From Terrimicrobiaceae bacterium (lineage in GTDB: Bacteria; Verrucomicrobiota; Verrucomicrobiia; Chthoniobacterales; Terrimicrobiaceae): a stretch of 64,000 bases of DNA. Every line of letters begins with the position of its first letter. The first letter of the stretch is position 1. Location: assembly GCA_021463905.1 (NCBI GenBank), contig JAJTZA010000061.1:225-64224 (forward strand). Direction: 5' to 3'. Both the position numbers and the translations under genes were made by a program. The notes below the pieces were generated by a model. That model saw only the letters and a program-made list of their open reading frames with translations. It made no database searches and was not told where the DNA came from. This document shows positions 9,736 through 19,357 of this stretch, one piece after another.

Positions 9736-11148
9736 TCAGGCGCTTTGCTCGTAGGACATTTCCACGCGCCGTTCGACGTCCCGGTAGCCGGAGTCCACCG
9801 CATAGATTTGCTTCATGCAGTCAATGGCCTTCTCTTTCTGCCCCATGTCCTCATACACCAACCCCAACTGATAGGTGATGTCCTTTTTCACGCTGTCCAT
9901 CTGGTGAATCTCCGAGGCGGCATTCGCCAGGGTCTCGGCCGCCAGATCAAACATCCCACGCTCCTTATAACAGCGACCAAGCAGGCTCATGGCTTTCAAC
10001 CGCACCGCAGGGTTTTGCCGCGCTTTCTGCAGCTCGGAAACCGCTTCACGGAATTGACCGGCATTCATGTAGATTTCACCCAGCTCGAAACGGAGCATCA
10101 AGTCGGTGGGATTGCGCTCGACGCGCCTCCTGGCTTCGTCCTGCTGCAGAATGGCACGCTGGCGGCGGATGTCCTCCAGTTGCTGCGAGCAGGTCTGGAA
10201 ATCCGACGAGTCGGGATTTTCTTCGAGGAATTTTTCAAACGCGGCGACGGACTCATCGTATTGTTTGATGCGCAGGTCGCTGGCCTTGCGGATGAGGCTC
10301 AGGTCGGAGTTATTGGTCAGGGAGGCGGCGTAGTCAAACCACGCAATGGCATTGGCCAGGTCCTCCTTCTGCTCGTAAAGTTCCGCAATCCGGCGGCAGG
10401 CATCCACGTTTTCCGGCTCGGCCTCGATTTTCGCGTGAAGGTCGGCCAGCAAATTGTTGATCATTTCCTCGCTGCGGACGACCCGGCTTTTTTGTTCGAG
10501 AGCCACTGCTTCGTCCTTATCGCGGATGAGGTCACGGTAGCTCGCATCCTCGCGCTCCCAGCCGCCCTTCTGCATCGAGGCGGCGGCAGCGGCGTCTTTG
10601 CCCCCCTTGATGGCCGACAGATCATTCGGAGCGACCTCCAGAATCTTTCCATAAACGTCCACGGCCTTGGAGGGTTTCTCGTGGTTCATGTAGAGCCGCG
10701 CCAGCTCGTGCATGGTCTTGGTGTCCTTGGCATTCCCCTCGACAATGGTCTCGAGGGCAAACTCGGCGATGTCCGGCAATTTTGCAGCCAGTGCCGCCTC
10801 GCGCAGGAGCTGGTTGGCCGAAGCGCTGAACGGGTCTCCCTCGAGTATTTTTTCGATGGCCTCCATGGCAGCCACCGGGTCTTTTTTCAAAAGCCCCTGA
10901 ATTTTCATTACGGAAAAGGATGCGCCGGAAAGCCCCCCCAGCATCCCCTTCTTCCCGGAGGATTTTCCCACAGCGGCCTTCCGTGTTAACTGCCGCGCCA
11001 GAAGAAACTCCGGATGAGCACGAAGGATGCTCTGGTAGAGCTGCGAAGCATAGCCAAAATTGCGCAGCTCCAGGGCACTCATCGCCTTGAGCCATACCGC
11101 ACGCAAATTGGCCGGAAGATCTTTTTCTGAGCGAACGGACATAAACAC
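9736..11148 (-). CDS. Tetratricopeptide (TPR) repeat protein, cytoplasmic
   Basis: 470 aa of helical-repeat sequence with TPR-like A/Y/G spacing. Divergent from the TPR-ExbBD operon. Confidence 0.6.
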   Translation of the reverse strand: MFMSVRSEKDLPANLRAVWLKAMSALELRNFGYASQLYQSILRAHPEFLLARQLTRKAAVGKSSGKKGMLGGLSGASFSVMKIQGLLKKDPVAAMEAIEKILEGDPFSASANQLLREAALAAKLPDIAEFALETIVEGNAKDTKTMHELARLYMNHEKPSKAVDVYGKILEVAPNDLSAIKGGKDAAAAASMQKGGWEREDASYRDLIRDKDEAVALEQKSRVVRSEEMINNLLADLHAKIEAEPENVDACRRIAELYEQKEDLANAIAWFDYAASLTNNSDLSLIRKASDLRIKQYDESVAAFEKFLEENPDSSDFQTCSQQLEDIRRQRAILQQDEARRRVERNPTDLMLRFELGEIYMNAGQFREAVSELQKARQNPAVRLKAMSLLGRCYKERGMFDLAAETLANAASEIHQMDSVKKDITYQLGLVYEDMGQKEKAIDCMKQIYAVDSGYRDVERRVEMSYEQSA

Positions 11149-11252
11149 ATATCCTAGCCGATGGATTCAAACCTTCAACCCCGAATCCCGGGCAATTTTC
11201 TTAAAAATTGCGCTTTGATTGTGTCTGTGTCCGTGGTAGGCATTGCCCCAGC

Positions 11253-14087
11253 GTGAAACGATCCCTCCAGAGACATGCCGGAGGTGCCATCCTGCTGCTT
11301 TGCGTGGTCGGGGCGATGGGGGCGGCAGATTCTGATGTCGGGGATTTGACGGCTGACGAGCTGGTTTCCCAGGCGGATGGAGCTTACCAGGCACGGGACT
11401 TTCCGCGGGCCGCCACGCTTTATCAAAAGCTCTTTGATGATTTTGGGAAATCCTCCGATCCGCTGGCGCAGGAGGCCTTGCGCAAACGCAGCGTCCCCCT
11501 GGCCCTCAGCTACATCCAATCTTCAAACTTTGAGCGCGCGGGAGAGGCCATCACCACCGCCCTCAACACGAAACCCGAATCAGCCCAATCTCAGGAACTG
11601 CTCTTCTGGCGGGGGGTCTGCCTGTTGCAAACCGGCAATTTTTCTGAATCCCAACAAGCCCTCGGGGAATTCCTCGCCCAGTTCCCTCCCAACGCCGAAC
11701 GCGACCCCACCTTCACAAAAAAATTTCCAGCAGCATTCAAATCCCCCGAAGCCCGCCTCATGCTGGGGTCCACGTTGTTGTTGCAGGAAAAACCACGGGA
11801 CGCCGCGCGGTTCTTTGAGGAAATCGCCCCCTCCCTTCCCCCCGCCGAACGCGGTCGCGCGATCGTCCTGCGCCTCCACGCTCTCATGGCCGCCGACGAC
11901 CACGATGCAGCTCTGGAACTGGTAAAGCGCGAATTCCCCCGTATGGAAGAAATTCCGCAGATGATCGGCTTCCAGACCCTCACCCTTGAACTGGGCAGCC
12001 ACTTCCTCGACAAGGAACGACCGCGCGACGCCATCGCCTGCCTCCAGCGGGTGTGGTCCGCCGAACGCCTCCAAAATCACCAAAAAAAACGCCTCGCCGA
12101 TATCGAAATGCGGCTCGCCGCCGCCGAGGCCAACCCCTCAGCGGACCCCTTCCAGAAAATCACCCTCGGCCAGCAGGCCGCAAAAACACGACGAGAAATC
12201 GAACAGTTTGCCAAGCTGGAGGGCTTCGATGCCGGAACACGAATGCGACTCGCCGCCGCCTACCAAAATATGGAACGCCACCGCGAAGCCGCTCTCATCC
12301 TCGAAGCCATGCTCGAAGAATTACCCCCCTCCCCACTCACCGAGACCGCCAGCGTCAGCCTCATCCAAAATTGGAACGCCACCCAACGCTGGCCCAAAAC
12401 CATCGCCACCGCCAAATCCTTCTCCGAAACCTTCCCCGCTTCCCCCAGCCTCCCCCTCGTTCGCTACCTCCAGGGACTCGCCGAACAACAAACCGGCGAT
12501 CACCCCGCCTCCAATGCAACCTTCCACGCCCTCATCCAAGAATTCCCGGATTCCGAGTTCGCCCCTCGTGCGCATTTTATGATCGGTTTCAATCATTTAC
12601 TCATGGAAGAAAACGAGGAAGCGGTTGGTGTGTTTGAGTCATTTTTGAAAGCGCATGGTGATCATGAGTTGGCGGAGGCGGCGCTTTATTGGCGAGGGAT
12701 GGGATATTCGCTCAATAAGGAATACGTCAAGGCGCGGAAAGTTTTTGGGGAGTATCTGGATCGGCACAAGGAGGGTGTCTTTCGGAGTGCGGCATTTTTT
12801 CGCAGAGCCTATTGTGCGCAGCAGCTTGAGGACTATGATGTGAGTATACGCGAGCTGAGGGATTATCTCAAAAGGCATCCCGAGGGAGAGGAGAGCAGTG
12901 AGGCGCGTGTCCTTCTGGGGGATGCGCTGATGAATGAAGGCCGTCTCGAGGAGGGCATTGCCGTGTTGGGGGGCATCCCGGGTCGGGACGTGCGGTTTTA
13001 CGAAGAGGGGGTCTTCAAGACCGCGAAGGCTCTCAAACTTCTTGAGGAATACCCGCGATTGGAAAAGCTGATGAAGGAATTTGTGCGGCAGAATCCGCGC
13101 AGCCCTCGAATTGCCGAGGCGATATTGAATCAGGGGTGGGTTTACCGTCAGGGAGGCGACATGGACAAGGCGCGCAGGATTTACTGGGAGACACTGGAAA
13201 AATTTGGGAACGACCCCGGCATCCGCTCGGTGGAAGACCTTTTTCCTGCGCTTGCGAAGTTGTACCAGGGCGAGGAGGGCCTTGCCGAATACCTGAGTGC
13301 GTTGGAGAACTTGGGAGACAGCGCGAAGCCGGTGCTGGCACTGAGAGCGCAATGGGCACGGGCGCGGGCCTTGCGCAAGCGGGATCCCGAAGCGGCGCGG
13401 GCACTTCTGGTCGGTGCGGCCCGAAGCGTCGAGCCCTCAGAAACCCATCCGCTCATCATGGCCGACATTGCCCAGGCACTTTCGGAGGCTGGAGAGTCCA
13501 CAAAGTCGGAGGGACTCTGGAAGGACCTCCTGAAGTGGAATCCACGTGCGCCGCAAAAAGATCGGGTCTTTGCGTCGCTTGGACTTGCGGAATTGGGAAG
13601 GGGGAATGAAAAGGCTGCTCTGAAGTACTTCGAGCGCTTTGAGCGCGAGACCCTGGGTTCTCCGCTGTTTGGGCGCGTGATGCTGGCGCGAGCGAAACTG
13701 ATGGAGAAGCGCGGGCGTCGGGCGGATGCACTTCGGAGCCTCGAGGCGCTGCTGGCCAGCGAGTTTGCGGTTGGCCCGGAGAAGTGTGAGGCGCTTTTTC
13801 GTTCCGGAGATATCCATCTTCGCTCCGGGAAGCCGGAGCTGGCCGTGCCGTATTTTCAGCGAATTTTTGTCATGCATGGCCGTTGGGCGGATTGGGTGGC
13901 CCGCGCCTATTTGCGGAGTGGCGAGGCGTTTGAGAAGCTTGGTGATCTCGAGTCGGCCCGCCGCACCTACGCGGAGCTGTCCGGGCGGGCCGATCTGGAA
14001 GGCTTTCCCGAGTCTGCCGCAGCCCGCAGGCGGCTTGAGGAACTTGGTGCCCCGGCTCCCCAGGAATCCACCCCCCACCCCGGATGA
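11253..14087 (+). CDS. Large secreted TPR repeat protein, first gene of the ExbB/ExbD operon
   Basis: The track ORF starts at TTG 11208. GTG 11253 gives a signal-peptide-like N-terminus (KRSLQRHAGGAILLLCVVGAMGAA). Many TPR units (YWRGMGY, FFRRAYC, etc.). Confidence 0.6.
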   Translation: MKRSLQRHAGGAILLLCVVGAMGAADSDVGDLTADELVSQADGAYQARDFPRAATLYQKLFDDFGKSSDPLAQEALRKRSVPLALSYIQSSNFERAGEAITTALNTKPESAQSQELLFWRGVCLLQTGNFSESQQALGEFLAQFPPNAERDPTFTKKFPAAFKSPEARLMLGSTLLLQEKPRDAARFFEEIAPSLPPAERGRAIVLRLHALMAADDHDAALELVKREFPRMEEIPQMIGFQTLTLELGSHFLDKERPRDAIACLQRVWSAERLQNHQKKRLADIEMRLAAAEANPSADPFQKITLGQQAAKTRREIEQFAKLEGFDAGTRMRLAAAYQNMERHREAALILEAMLEELPPSPLTETASVSLIQNWNATQRWPKTIATAKSFSETFPASPSLPLVRYLQGLAEQQTGDHPASNATFHALIQEFPDSEFAPRAHFMIGFNHLLMEENEEAVGVFESFLKAHGDHELAEAALYWRGMGYSLNKEYVKARKVFGEYLDRHKEGVFRSAAFFRRAYCAQQLEDYDVSIRELRDYLKRHPEGEESSEARVLLGDALMNEGRLEEGIAVLGGIPGRDVRFYEEGVFKTAKALKLLEEYPRLEKLMKEFVRQNPRSPRIAEAILNQGWVYRQGGDMDKARRIYWETLEKFGNDPGIRSVEDLFPALAKLYQGEEGLAEYLSALENLGDSAKPVLALRAQWARARALRKRDPEAARALLVGAARSVEPSETHPLIMADIAQALSEAGESTKSEGLWKDLLKWNPRAPQKDRVFASLGLAELGRGNEKAALKYFERFERETLGSPLFGRVMLARAKLMEKRGRRADALRSLEALLASEFAVGPEKCEALFRSGDIHLRSGKPELAVPYFQRIFVMHGRWADWVARAYLRSGEAFEKLGDLESARRTYAELSGRADLEGFPESAAARRRLEELGAPAPQESTPHPG

Positions 14088-15085
14088 AAACCCGTTTCCT
14101 GCTCTGCATTTTGGCCTGCACGTCAGCCTCCGGCTTGACCGCTCAGGATACGCTCTTTTTTCAGGACGGGAGCCGTCATGTCGGAAAAATTCTTTCTGTG
14201 GATGCGGAGCGGTTTCGTATTCAGCGCAATGTGGCTCCTCCGGAAAGGGAACCGGTGATGGTGACGGCTTCCCTGGCGCGGCGGGATGTTGTGGCGGTGG
14301 AGTTTGGCGGGGACATCGAGCGGACGATTGCGCAGGCCTCCACGGGGGAGGCATTTGCCGACCTCTGGAGTCAGTGGAAGCCATTTCTGGGAATTCCCAG
14401 ATCTCCTGCCGGACGCGTGGCCCAGGCTTACGGTGAATGGTTGCTCGCGACGGGACGATCTGCAGACGCGCGGCTGGCACTCGGAACATTTCGCGAGATC
14501 GAGGCGTCTTCCTGGGATCTGGATGCCCGGATGCGCGCGCGCCAGGGCCGACTGCGAGCGATGATTGCCACGGGACATGCCGCCGCTGCCGCCACGGAGG
14601 CCGCTGAACTTGCCAAACTTTCCGAGGATCCGGCCATCCTCGTCGAGGCAAAGTTCATCCTGGCAGAGGCGGACAACAAAAAATTGCGGGCATTTTTGAA
14701 GGACAATCCCCGATGGAAGGAAGATCCCTTCGCCATCCCGGAGCACGAACGTCTGCGCAATCAAGTGCTGGACGGCTACCTCTTCGCCAGCCTGTTTTTT
14801 GGATCGAATGCTCCCGCAGCCGCCCGGGGACTCTGGGGCGCAACCCAGGCGCACCTGCTCACGGAACAACCACGCGAAGCAGTGGAATGCGCCCGGGATA
14901 TTGTCGCCCTCTACCCCGAAACACCCTTTGCCGCCGAAGCATCCAAATTTCTTGAGAGCCATCCTCCAGAGCCCCCGCAACCCACAAAACCCAAACCCAC
15001 CATCCAACCCACGCCAGAGCGCGAACAAAAAGCCGCTCCGAAGCGCCCCACCCGGCGCAAATCCAAACGCACCAAAAAATCATGA
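14084..15085 (+). CDS. Secreted helical-repeat protein with a Pro/Lys-rich basic tail
   Basis: ATGA overlap with the upstream gene. Signal peptide MKTRFLLCILACTSASGLTAQ. Tail PEPPQPTKPKPT...RRKSKRTKKS. Confidence 0.5.
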   Translation: MKTRFLLCILACTSASGLTAQDTLFFQDGSRHVGKILSVDAERFRIQRNVAPPEREPVMVTASLARRDVVAVEFGGDIERTIAQASTGEAFADLWSQWKPFLGIPRSPAGRVAQAYGEWLLATGRSADARLALGTFREIEASSWDLDARMRARQGRLRAMIATGHAAAAATEAAELAKLSEDPAILVEAKFILAEADNKKLRAFLKDNPRWKEDPFAIPEHERLRNQVLDGYLFASLFFGSNAPAAARGLWGATQAHLLTEQPREAVECARDIVALYPETPFAAEASKFLESHPPEPPQPTKPKPTIQPTPEREQKAAPKRPTRRKSKRTKKS

Positions 15086-15855
15086 AACCACCATCCACAA
15101 CCCGCACGGTACTCATTTTCTCGCTTCTCCTGCTCCTGCTCGCCCCGGTGCTCCTCGCCGCGCCTGCGGAAACGGCACCCAAAGACAAAACGCTCCTCGA
15201 TCTCTTCAAAGTGGGCGGTCCGTTGATGTACCCGCTCCTGCTGTGCTCGATGGGAACGCTGGCCGTCGCCGCCTATTGCTTCCTGAATATCACCGGAAAA
15301 AAATTGATGCCTCCTTCACAGGTCGAGGCGGTGGGTCGCTTCATGCGGCAACGGGATGCAGGCGGCGCCTACCAGCTCTGCACCTCGCAGCCCAATGTTT
15401 TCGCCAATACCATGTCTGCCGCACTGCTCAAGGTGGACTTCTCACGCGACCTGGCCAACAAGGCCTCCATGGATCAGGCCGCCGGCGAGACGCTGGCCAA
15501 CGAGGAAACCAAACTCAGCCTGTGGGTCAACTACCTGAATATCTTCGCAACCATTGGGCCGATGCTTGGACTGCTCGGCACGGTCACCGGCATGATCGCC
15601 AGCTTTGACATGCTGGCCGCCGGAAAATCCGAACCCTCGGACCTCGCGGGAGGCATCGGCGAGGCCATGATCACCACCGCAGCGGGCCTCTTTGTCGGCA
15701 TCCCCGCCATGTTTTTCTTTTTCTATTTCCGCAGCCTGCTGGCCATCCAAATCGCACAAATCCAAAAGCGCGTTACCTTCATGCTCGATGTCCTGTCGGG
15801 AGAGCTGAAGCTTGAGGAAGCCACCACCCCATACGAACCCCGCCAATCGCCATGA
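15082..15855 (+). CDS. MotA/TolQ/ExbB proton-channel family protein
   Basis: ATGA overlap. Three transmembrane (TM) segments and the conserved LGLLGTVTGMI...ITTAAGL core. Confidence 0.85.
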   Translation: MKPPSTTRTVLIFSLLLLLLAPVLLAAPAETAPKDKTLLDLFKVGGPLMYPLLLCSMGTLAVAAYCFLNITGKKLMPPSQVEAVGRFMRQRDAGGAYQLCTSQPNVFANTMSAALLKVDFSRDLANKASMDQAAGETLANEETKLSLWVNYLNIFATIGPMLGLLGTVTGMIASFDMLAAGKSEPSDLAGGIGEAMITTAAGLFVGIPAMFFFFYFRSLLAIQIAQIQKRVTFMLDVLSGELKLEEATTPYEPRQSP

Positions 15856-16265
15856 AAATGCCGCGTCGCAGTGATGACGAGGTCGGGTTCCAGCTCGCGC
15901 CGATGATTGACATGACCTTCCTGCTCCTCGTGTTTTTCATGGTGACCACGAAAATCTCGAAGGAGCAGGTCAAGGTGGACATCCGTCTGCCCGTGGCCAG
16001 CAACGCACGCATCCCAACCGACGTGAGCGACCGGGACATCCTTAGCATTGACCACGAGGGCCGGTACCATATCGGCCAACGGCCCGTTGATAAAAGGGAG
16101 CTGGCCACCTACCTCAAGGAACGCTTCAAAAACTTTCCGCCCCTGCGCCTCTACGTGCGGGCGGACGCGCAGACGCCCGCTCGTCAAATCAAGGAGCTGA
16201 TGCGGATGGCCAGCGAAGCCGGTGCCATCAATATCATTTTTGGAACCTATCCTGATTCGCCATGA
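15852..16265 (+). CDS. ExbD/TolR biopolymer transport protein (copy 1)
   Basis: N-terminal PMIDMTFLLLVFFMV TM segment with the conserved Asp. 137 aa. Confidence 0.85.
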   Translation: MKMPRRSDDEVGFQLAPMIDMTFLLLVFFMVTTKISKEQVKVDIRLPVASNARIPTDVSDRDILSIDHEGRYHIGQRPVDKRELATYLKERFKNFPPLRLYVRADAQTPARQIKELMRMASEAGAINIIFGTYPDSP

Positions 16266-16708
16266 AGCTGCGTCGCAGAGACCTGCAAACCGTCGAGATG
16301 CAGATGGGGCCGATGATTGACATGGTCTTTTTGCTGCTGGTGTTTTTTATGGTCAGCGCCAAACCGGTGAAGCAGGAGAGCGACCTCAACCTCGGGCTTC
16401 CGGGCACGGTTCCTCAGGAGGAGACGCTGGATATTCCCGACGAACAGCGCATCTTGATCCGGGCCGATGGCCAGGCACTCCTCAACGATCTGCCAATGGA
16501 TGGACCGCAGGACAGCCTGCTGCCAACGCTGGTTGGCACGCTCCGGCGTTTCAAGGAGGGAGCTGATGCCGCAAAATCCGAGGCGCTGATCACCATTGAT
16601 CCCGAGGATGGAGCCACCCACCAGCGGATTGTCTCGATCCTCAATGCCTGCGCTCAGGCGGGAATCACCGGCGTGACATTTGCGGATTCTTCCGGGGAGG
16701 ACGAATGA
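16262..16708 (+). CDS. ExbD/TolR biopolymer transport protein (copy 2)
   Basis: PMIDMVFLLLVFFMV TM segment. 148 aa. ATGA-coupled. Confidence 0.85.
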   Translation: MKLRRRDLQTVEMQMGPMIDMVFLLLVFFMVSAKPVKQESDLNLGLPGTVPQEETLDIPDEQRILIRADGQALLNDLPMDGPQDSLLPTLVGTLRRFKEGADAAKSEALITIDPEDGATHQRIVSILNACAQAGITGVTFADSSGEDE

Positions 16709-17736
16709 GCGGCATTGCCACATTCCTCGATGAAGCCACCGCCACAAAAGCGCGCCGCCGCCGCCTCATCCTGAGCATCCTTCTCATCGTCGTCGGCCTG
16801 CACATTCTGGCCGGAGTCGTCGCAGGGATTTTCGTGGTCGCCCGCTACATCTTCCCACCACCCGCGACATTTGAGGTCAAAAGGGACATCCGGATTCCCG
16901 CCAGGCAGCGCGAACACCGCATGAATATGGCCGCCTTTGACGCGCTGACGCCCAGGCCCACCTTCAGCGACAAGATGCAGAGCCTGCGGCCTGCTCCATT
17001 TGCCCTGCCGGATTTGCCCAAGCTTCCGCTCGATCAGATGCTTCCGCTGGATCCGGCGGAGTTGGTGAGCGATCAGGTTTTCGCGCTGGTGGGAACTGCC
17101 GGACTGGGTGCGGGCGGCACCGGGTTGAGCGGGCTGGGGGGACTCGGCACCGGTTTTTCGTTCCTGGGTGTGCAGTCGTCCGGTCGGCGCATCCTGCTGC
17201 TGTTTGATGTCTCGACCAGCGTGGCCAACAAAGCCTCCTCGAGTGGGATGTCCCTCGGGCGCATCCGGGAGGAGACCGCCGGACTTATTGCGAGCCTGCC
17301 CGTGACCTCGCGCTTTGGCATCATCCAGTTCACACAAAATTATAAACCCTTTCGCAATGAGCTGGCACCCGCCACCGACCCCAACCGCTCGGCGGTCAAC
17401 GATTGGCTGGCAACGGAATGGATCGAAACCGGTGCCATGCCCGCCTCCCGCAAGGTCGTCTCCAACGCGCGCGGCATCATCGGTGTCCTGGAACTGGCCG
17501 CCAAACTTCAACCGGACGTGGTCTTTCTTATCAGCGACGGCAGCTTCCAATGGCGCGTTGACGGCAAAATCACTCAAATCCCATGGAAGGAATTGTCGAA
17601 GGCTGTCAAGGCGCTCTCACCCGATGGCCGGGATGTCCCCGTCCATTTCATCGCCTTCCAAATGAAGCCCGCCGACAAGCGTGAGCTGATGCCCATTATC
17701 CGCCGCACCGGTGGAAAGTTGCGCGAAATCAAATAG
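16705..17736 (+). CDS. Membrane-anchored von Willebrand factor A (vWA)-like protein
   Basis: One N-terminal TM segment (LILSILLIVVGLHILAGVVAGIFVV). C-terminal domain with MIDAS-like ILLLFDVSTS, FGIIQF and VVFLISDG strands. Confidence 0.6.
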   Translation: MSGIATFLDEATATKARRRRLILSILLIVVGLHILAGVVAGIFVVARYIFPPPATFEVKRDIRIPARQREHRMNMAAFDALTPRPTFSDKMQSLRPAPFALPDLPKLPLDQMLPLDPAELVSDQVFALVGTAGLGAGGTGLSGLGGLGTGFSFLGVQSSGRRILLLFDVSTSVANKASSSGMSLGRIREETAGLIASLPVTSRFGIIQFTQNYKPFRNELAPATDPNRSAVNDWLATEWIETGAMPASRKVVSNARGIIGVLELAAKLQPDVVFLISDGSFQWRVDGKITQIPWKELSKAVKALSPDGRDVPVHFIAFQMKPADKRELMPIIRRTGGKLREIK

Positions 17737-17914
17737 GCCGGACGGATTCCGTTCCCCGCCTTCCCAACCCTTCCACTCCAGTGCCAAGCCACTTGGGATG
17801 GTGCCTGAATCGCTATTTGGCTTACACGTCCGTTCTGTGTAGTTTTTTTATGTGGCAACAAATCTCAAGATCAACCCGGCTCATTTGAGTCAGGCCCCAG
17901 CCATACGTTCCGGG

Positions 17915-19231
17915 ATGATCCTTCTCTGCCTCGGAGGGCTTTCCGGGTGTGCGGCCTTTCATCCCGGAGAACCACGCGAGTCTGCCTCCTCTTCCTCCCA
18001 CGGGGGAATTCTTGCGCCCCTGACCGCTGCCGGGCCGAAAGCTCCCGCCGTGATTCAGCGGGAGTTGATGGATTTCTCGGATCTCTTCGTGGACGGCCTG
18101 TGGGCGGAAATGGACAGACAGTTTACGGACGAACCCGATCCCTCCCGGCGGGTGGCCGCCCTCTCGTGGAAGATTCGCTACGGATCCGCCTCCATGGAAA
18201 TTGCGGCCGGACCCGATCCGCGGACGAATCTGCTCGACATGGCCATCTTGATCACGGCGAGCGAATGGGCACTGGATCGTTACTGGATTCCGGAAATCTT
18301 TGGGGAAAAGGGTGAAGGGCTGCGCTCGTTCTATCGGGAGATGAAAACGCGCGCCTGGGGACTCGTGAGCGAGACCCTGACCGACGAACAAACGAAGCTG
18401 CTTCGTTCGCTGATTGCGCAATGGCTGGCCACCAACCCAAGGCAGTTCGAGGTGTCGTCCATCCGCTTTCGCAACCTGGAAGGCGTGGAACCGGAGGATT
18501 TTCGCAAGGAGAGGACTGCGCGGGGGCTTCTTGCCAGCGTCCGGCGTTGGCTGGGGGAAGTGAACACCTCGCTTCTCCTGGGTGAGCGGATGCTCTTCTA
18601 CGTTGAGCGATCTCCCCGCATCCTCAAGCAGCAGACAGACCTCACGCTGGCCCAGATCGCCAACGACTTTCCCATCTCCACGTTCAACCCCGACTTCAGC
18701 TCGGTCACCTCCTCCATTGAAACCCTCAGCGAGAAACTTCAGACCGAGCTGAACGCGCTTGCAGAAAATCCCGAGTTCTATCCCGCATTGTCTAAAACAC
18801 TCGCGGAGACACGCCAACTGATCAGCAATTCTTCCGACCTCGTTGCCTCCACAACTCAATTGTCCGCATCCCTCAACACGACGATGGATCGTCTGGGAAC
18901 CCTTCTGTCCACGCAGCAGGCGGAAGGCCGCCCACCCATGGACATCCAAGACAGCCTGACGAAAGCCGCTGCCGCGCTAGCCAGCCTTGACGCAAGCATC
19001 AGTGGCCTCAATGCGCTCCTGGCCACGGACGCCAGCGGCAGCTCAAGGGTTTCCCTGCTCGCCGCACATCTCGACGAACAAGCCACCCGTACATTGGATC
19101 GCGCCTACAACCGCGCCCTGCAACTGATCCTCATCACCCTGGCCGGACTCGCCACCCTTCTCATCCTGGCACGCATTCTCTTCCGACGGGAAAAGCCTCC
19201 GAAGGTCGGCACGACCCCCGGAGTGTCTTGA
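17915..19231 (+). CDS. Hypothetical lipoprotein with a C-terminal TM helix
   Basis: Lipobox LLCLGGLSGC from ATG 17915 (the track uses GTG 17852). Hydrophobic LILITLAGLATLLILARILF near the C-terminus. Confidence 0.5.
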   Translation: MILLCLGGLSGCAAFHPGEPRESASSSSHGGILAPLTAAGPKAPAVIQRELMDFSDLFVDGLWAEMDRQFTDEPDPSRRVAALSWKIRYGSASMEIAAGPDPRTNLLDMAILITASEWALDRYWIPEIFGEKGEGLRSFYREMKTRAWGLVSETLTDEQTKLLRSLIAQWLATNPRQFEVSSIRFRNLEGVEPEDFRKERTARGLLASVRRWLGEVNTSLLLGERMLFYVERSPRILKQQTDLTLAQIANDFPISTFNPDFSSVTSSIETLSEKLQTELNALAENPEFYPALSKTLAETRQLISNSSDLVASTTQLSASLNTTMDRLGTLLSTQQAEGRPPMDIQDSLTKAAAALASLDASISGLNALLATDASGSSRVSLLAAHLDEQATRTLDRAYNRALQLILITLAGLATLLILARILFRREKPPKVGTTPGVS

Positions 19232-19357
19232 TGAGATGTTCCATCCGGTGATGGGAACGGGTCATTCCAGCCTCACCCACTTTTAATCACATCCATCGTC
19301 CCCGGGGTGCCAGCATGCCTGCTCGACAAGACGGGCGGCAGGTGATTTCTTTCTCGG

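Noticed and set aside
15082-16708. A Zorya-like (MotAB-based) anti-phage system.
   Set aside because: The channel and plug proteins are small canonical ExbB/ExbD types with no ZorA-style long tail. No ZorC/D-like helicase or nuclease genes are present, and the context is housekeeping-like.
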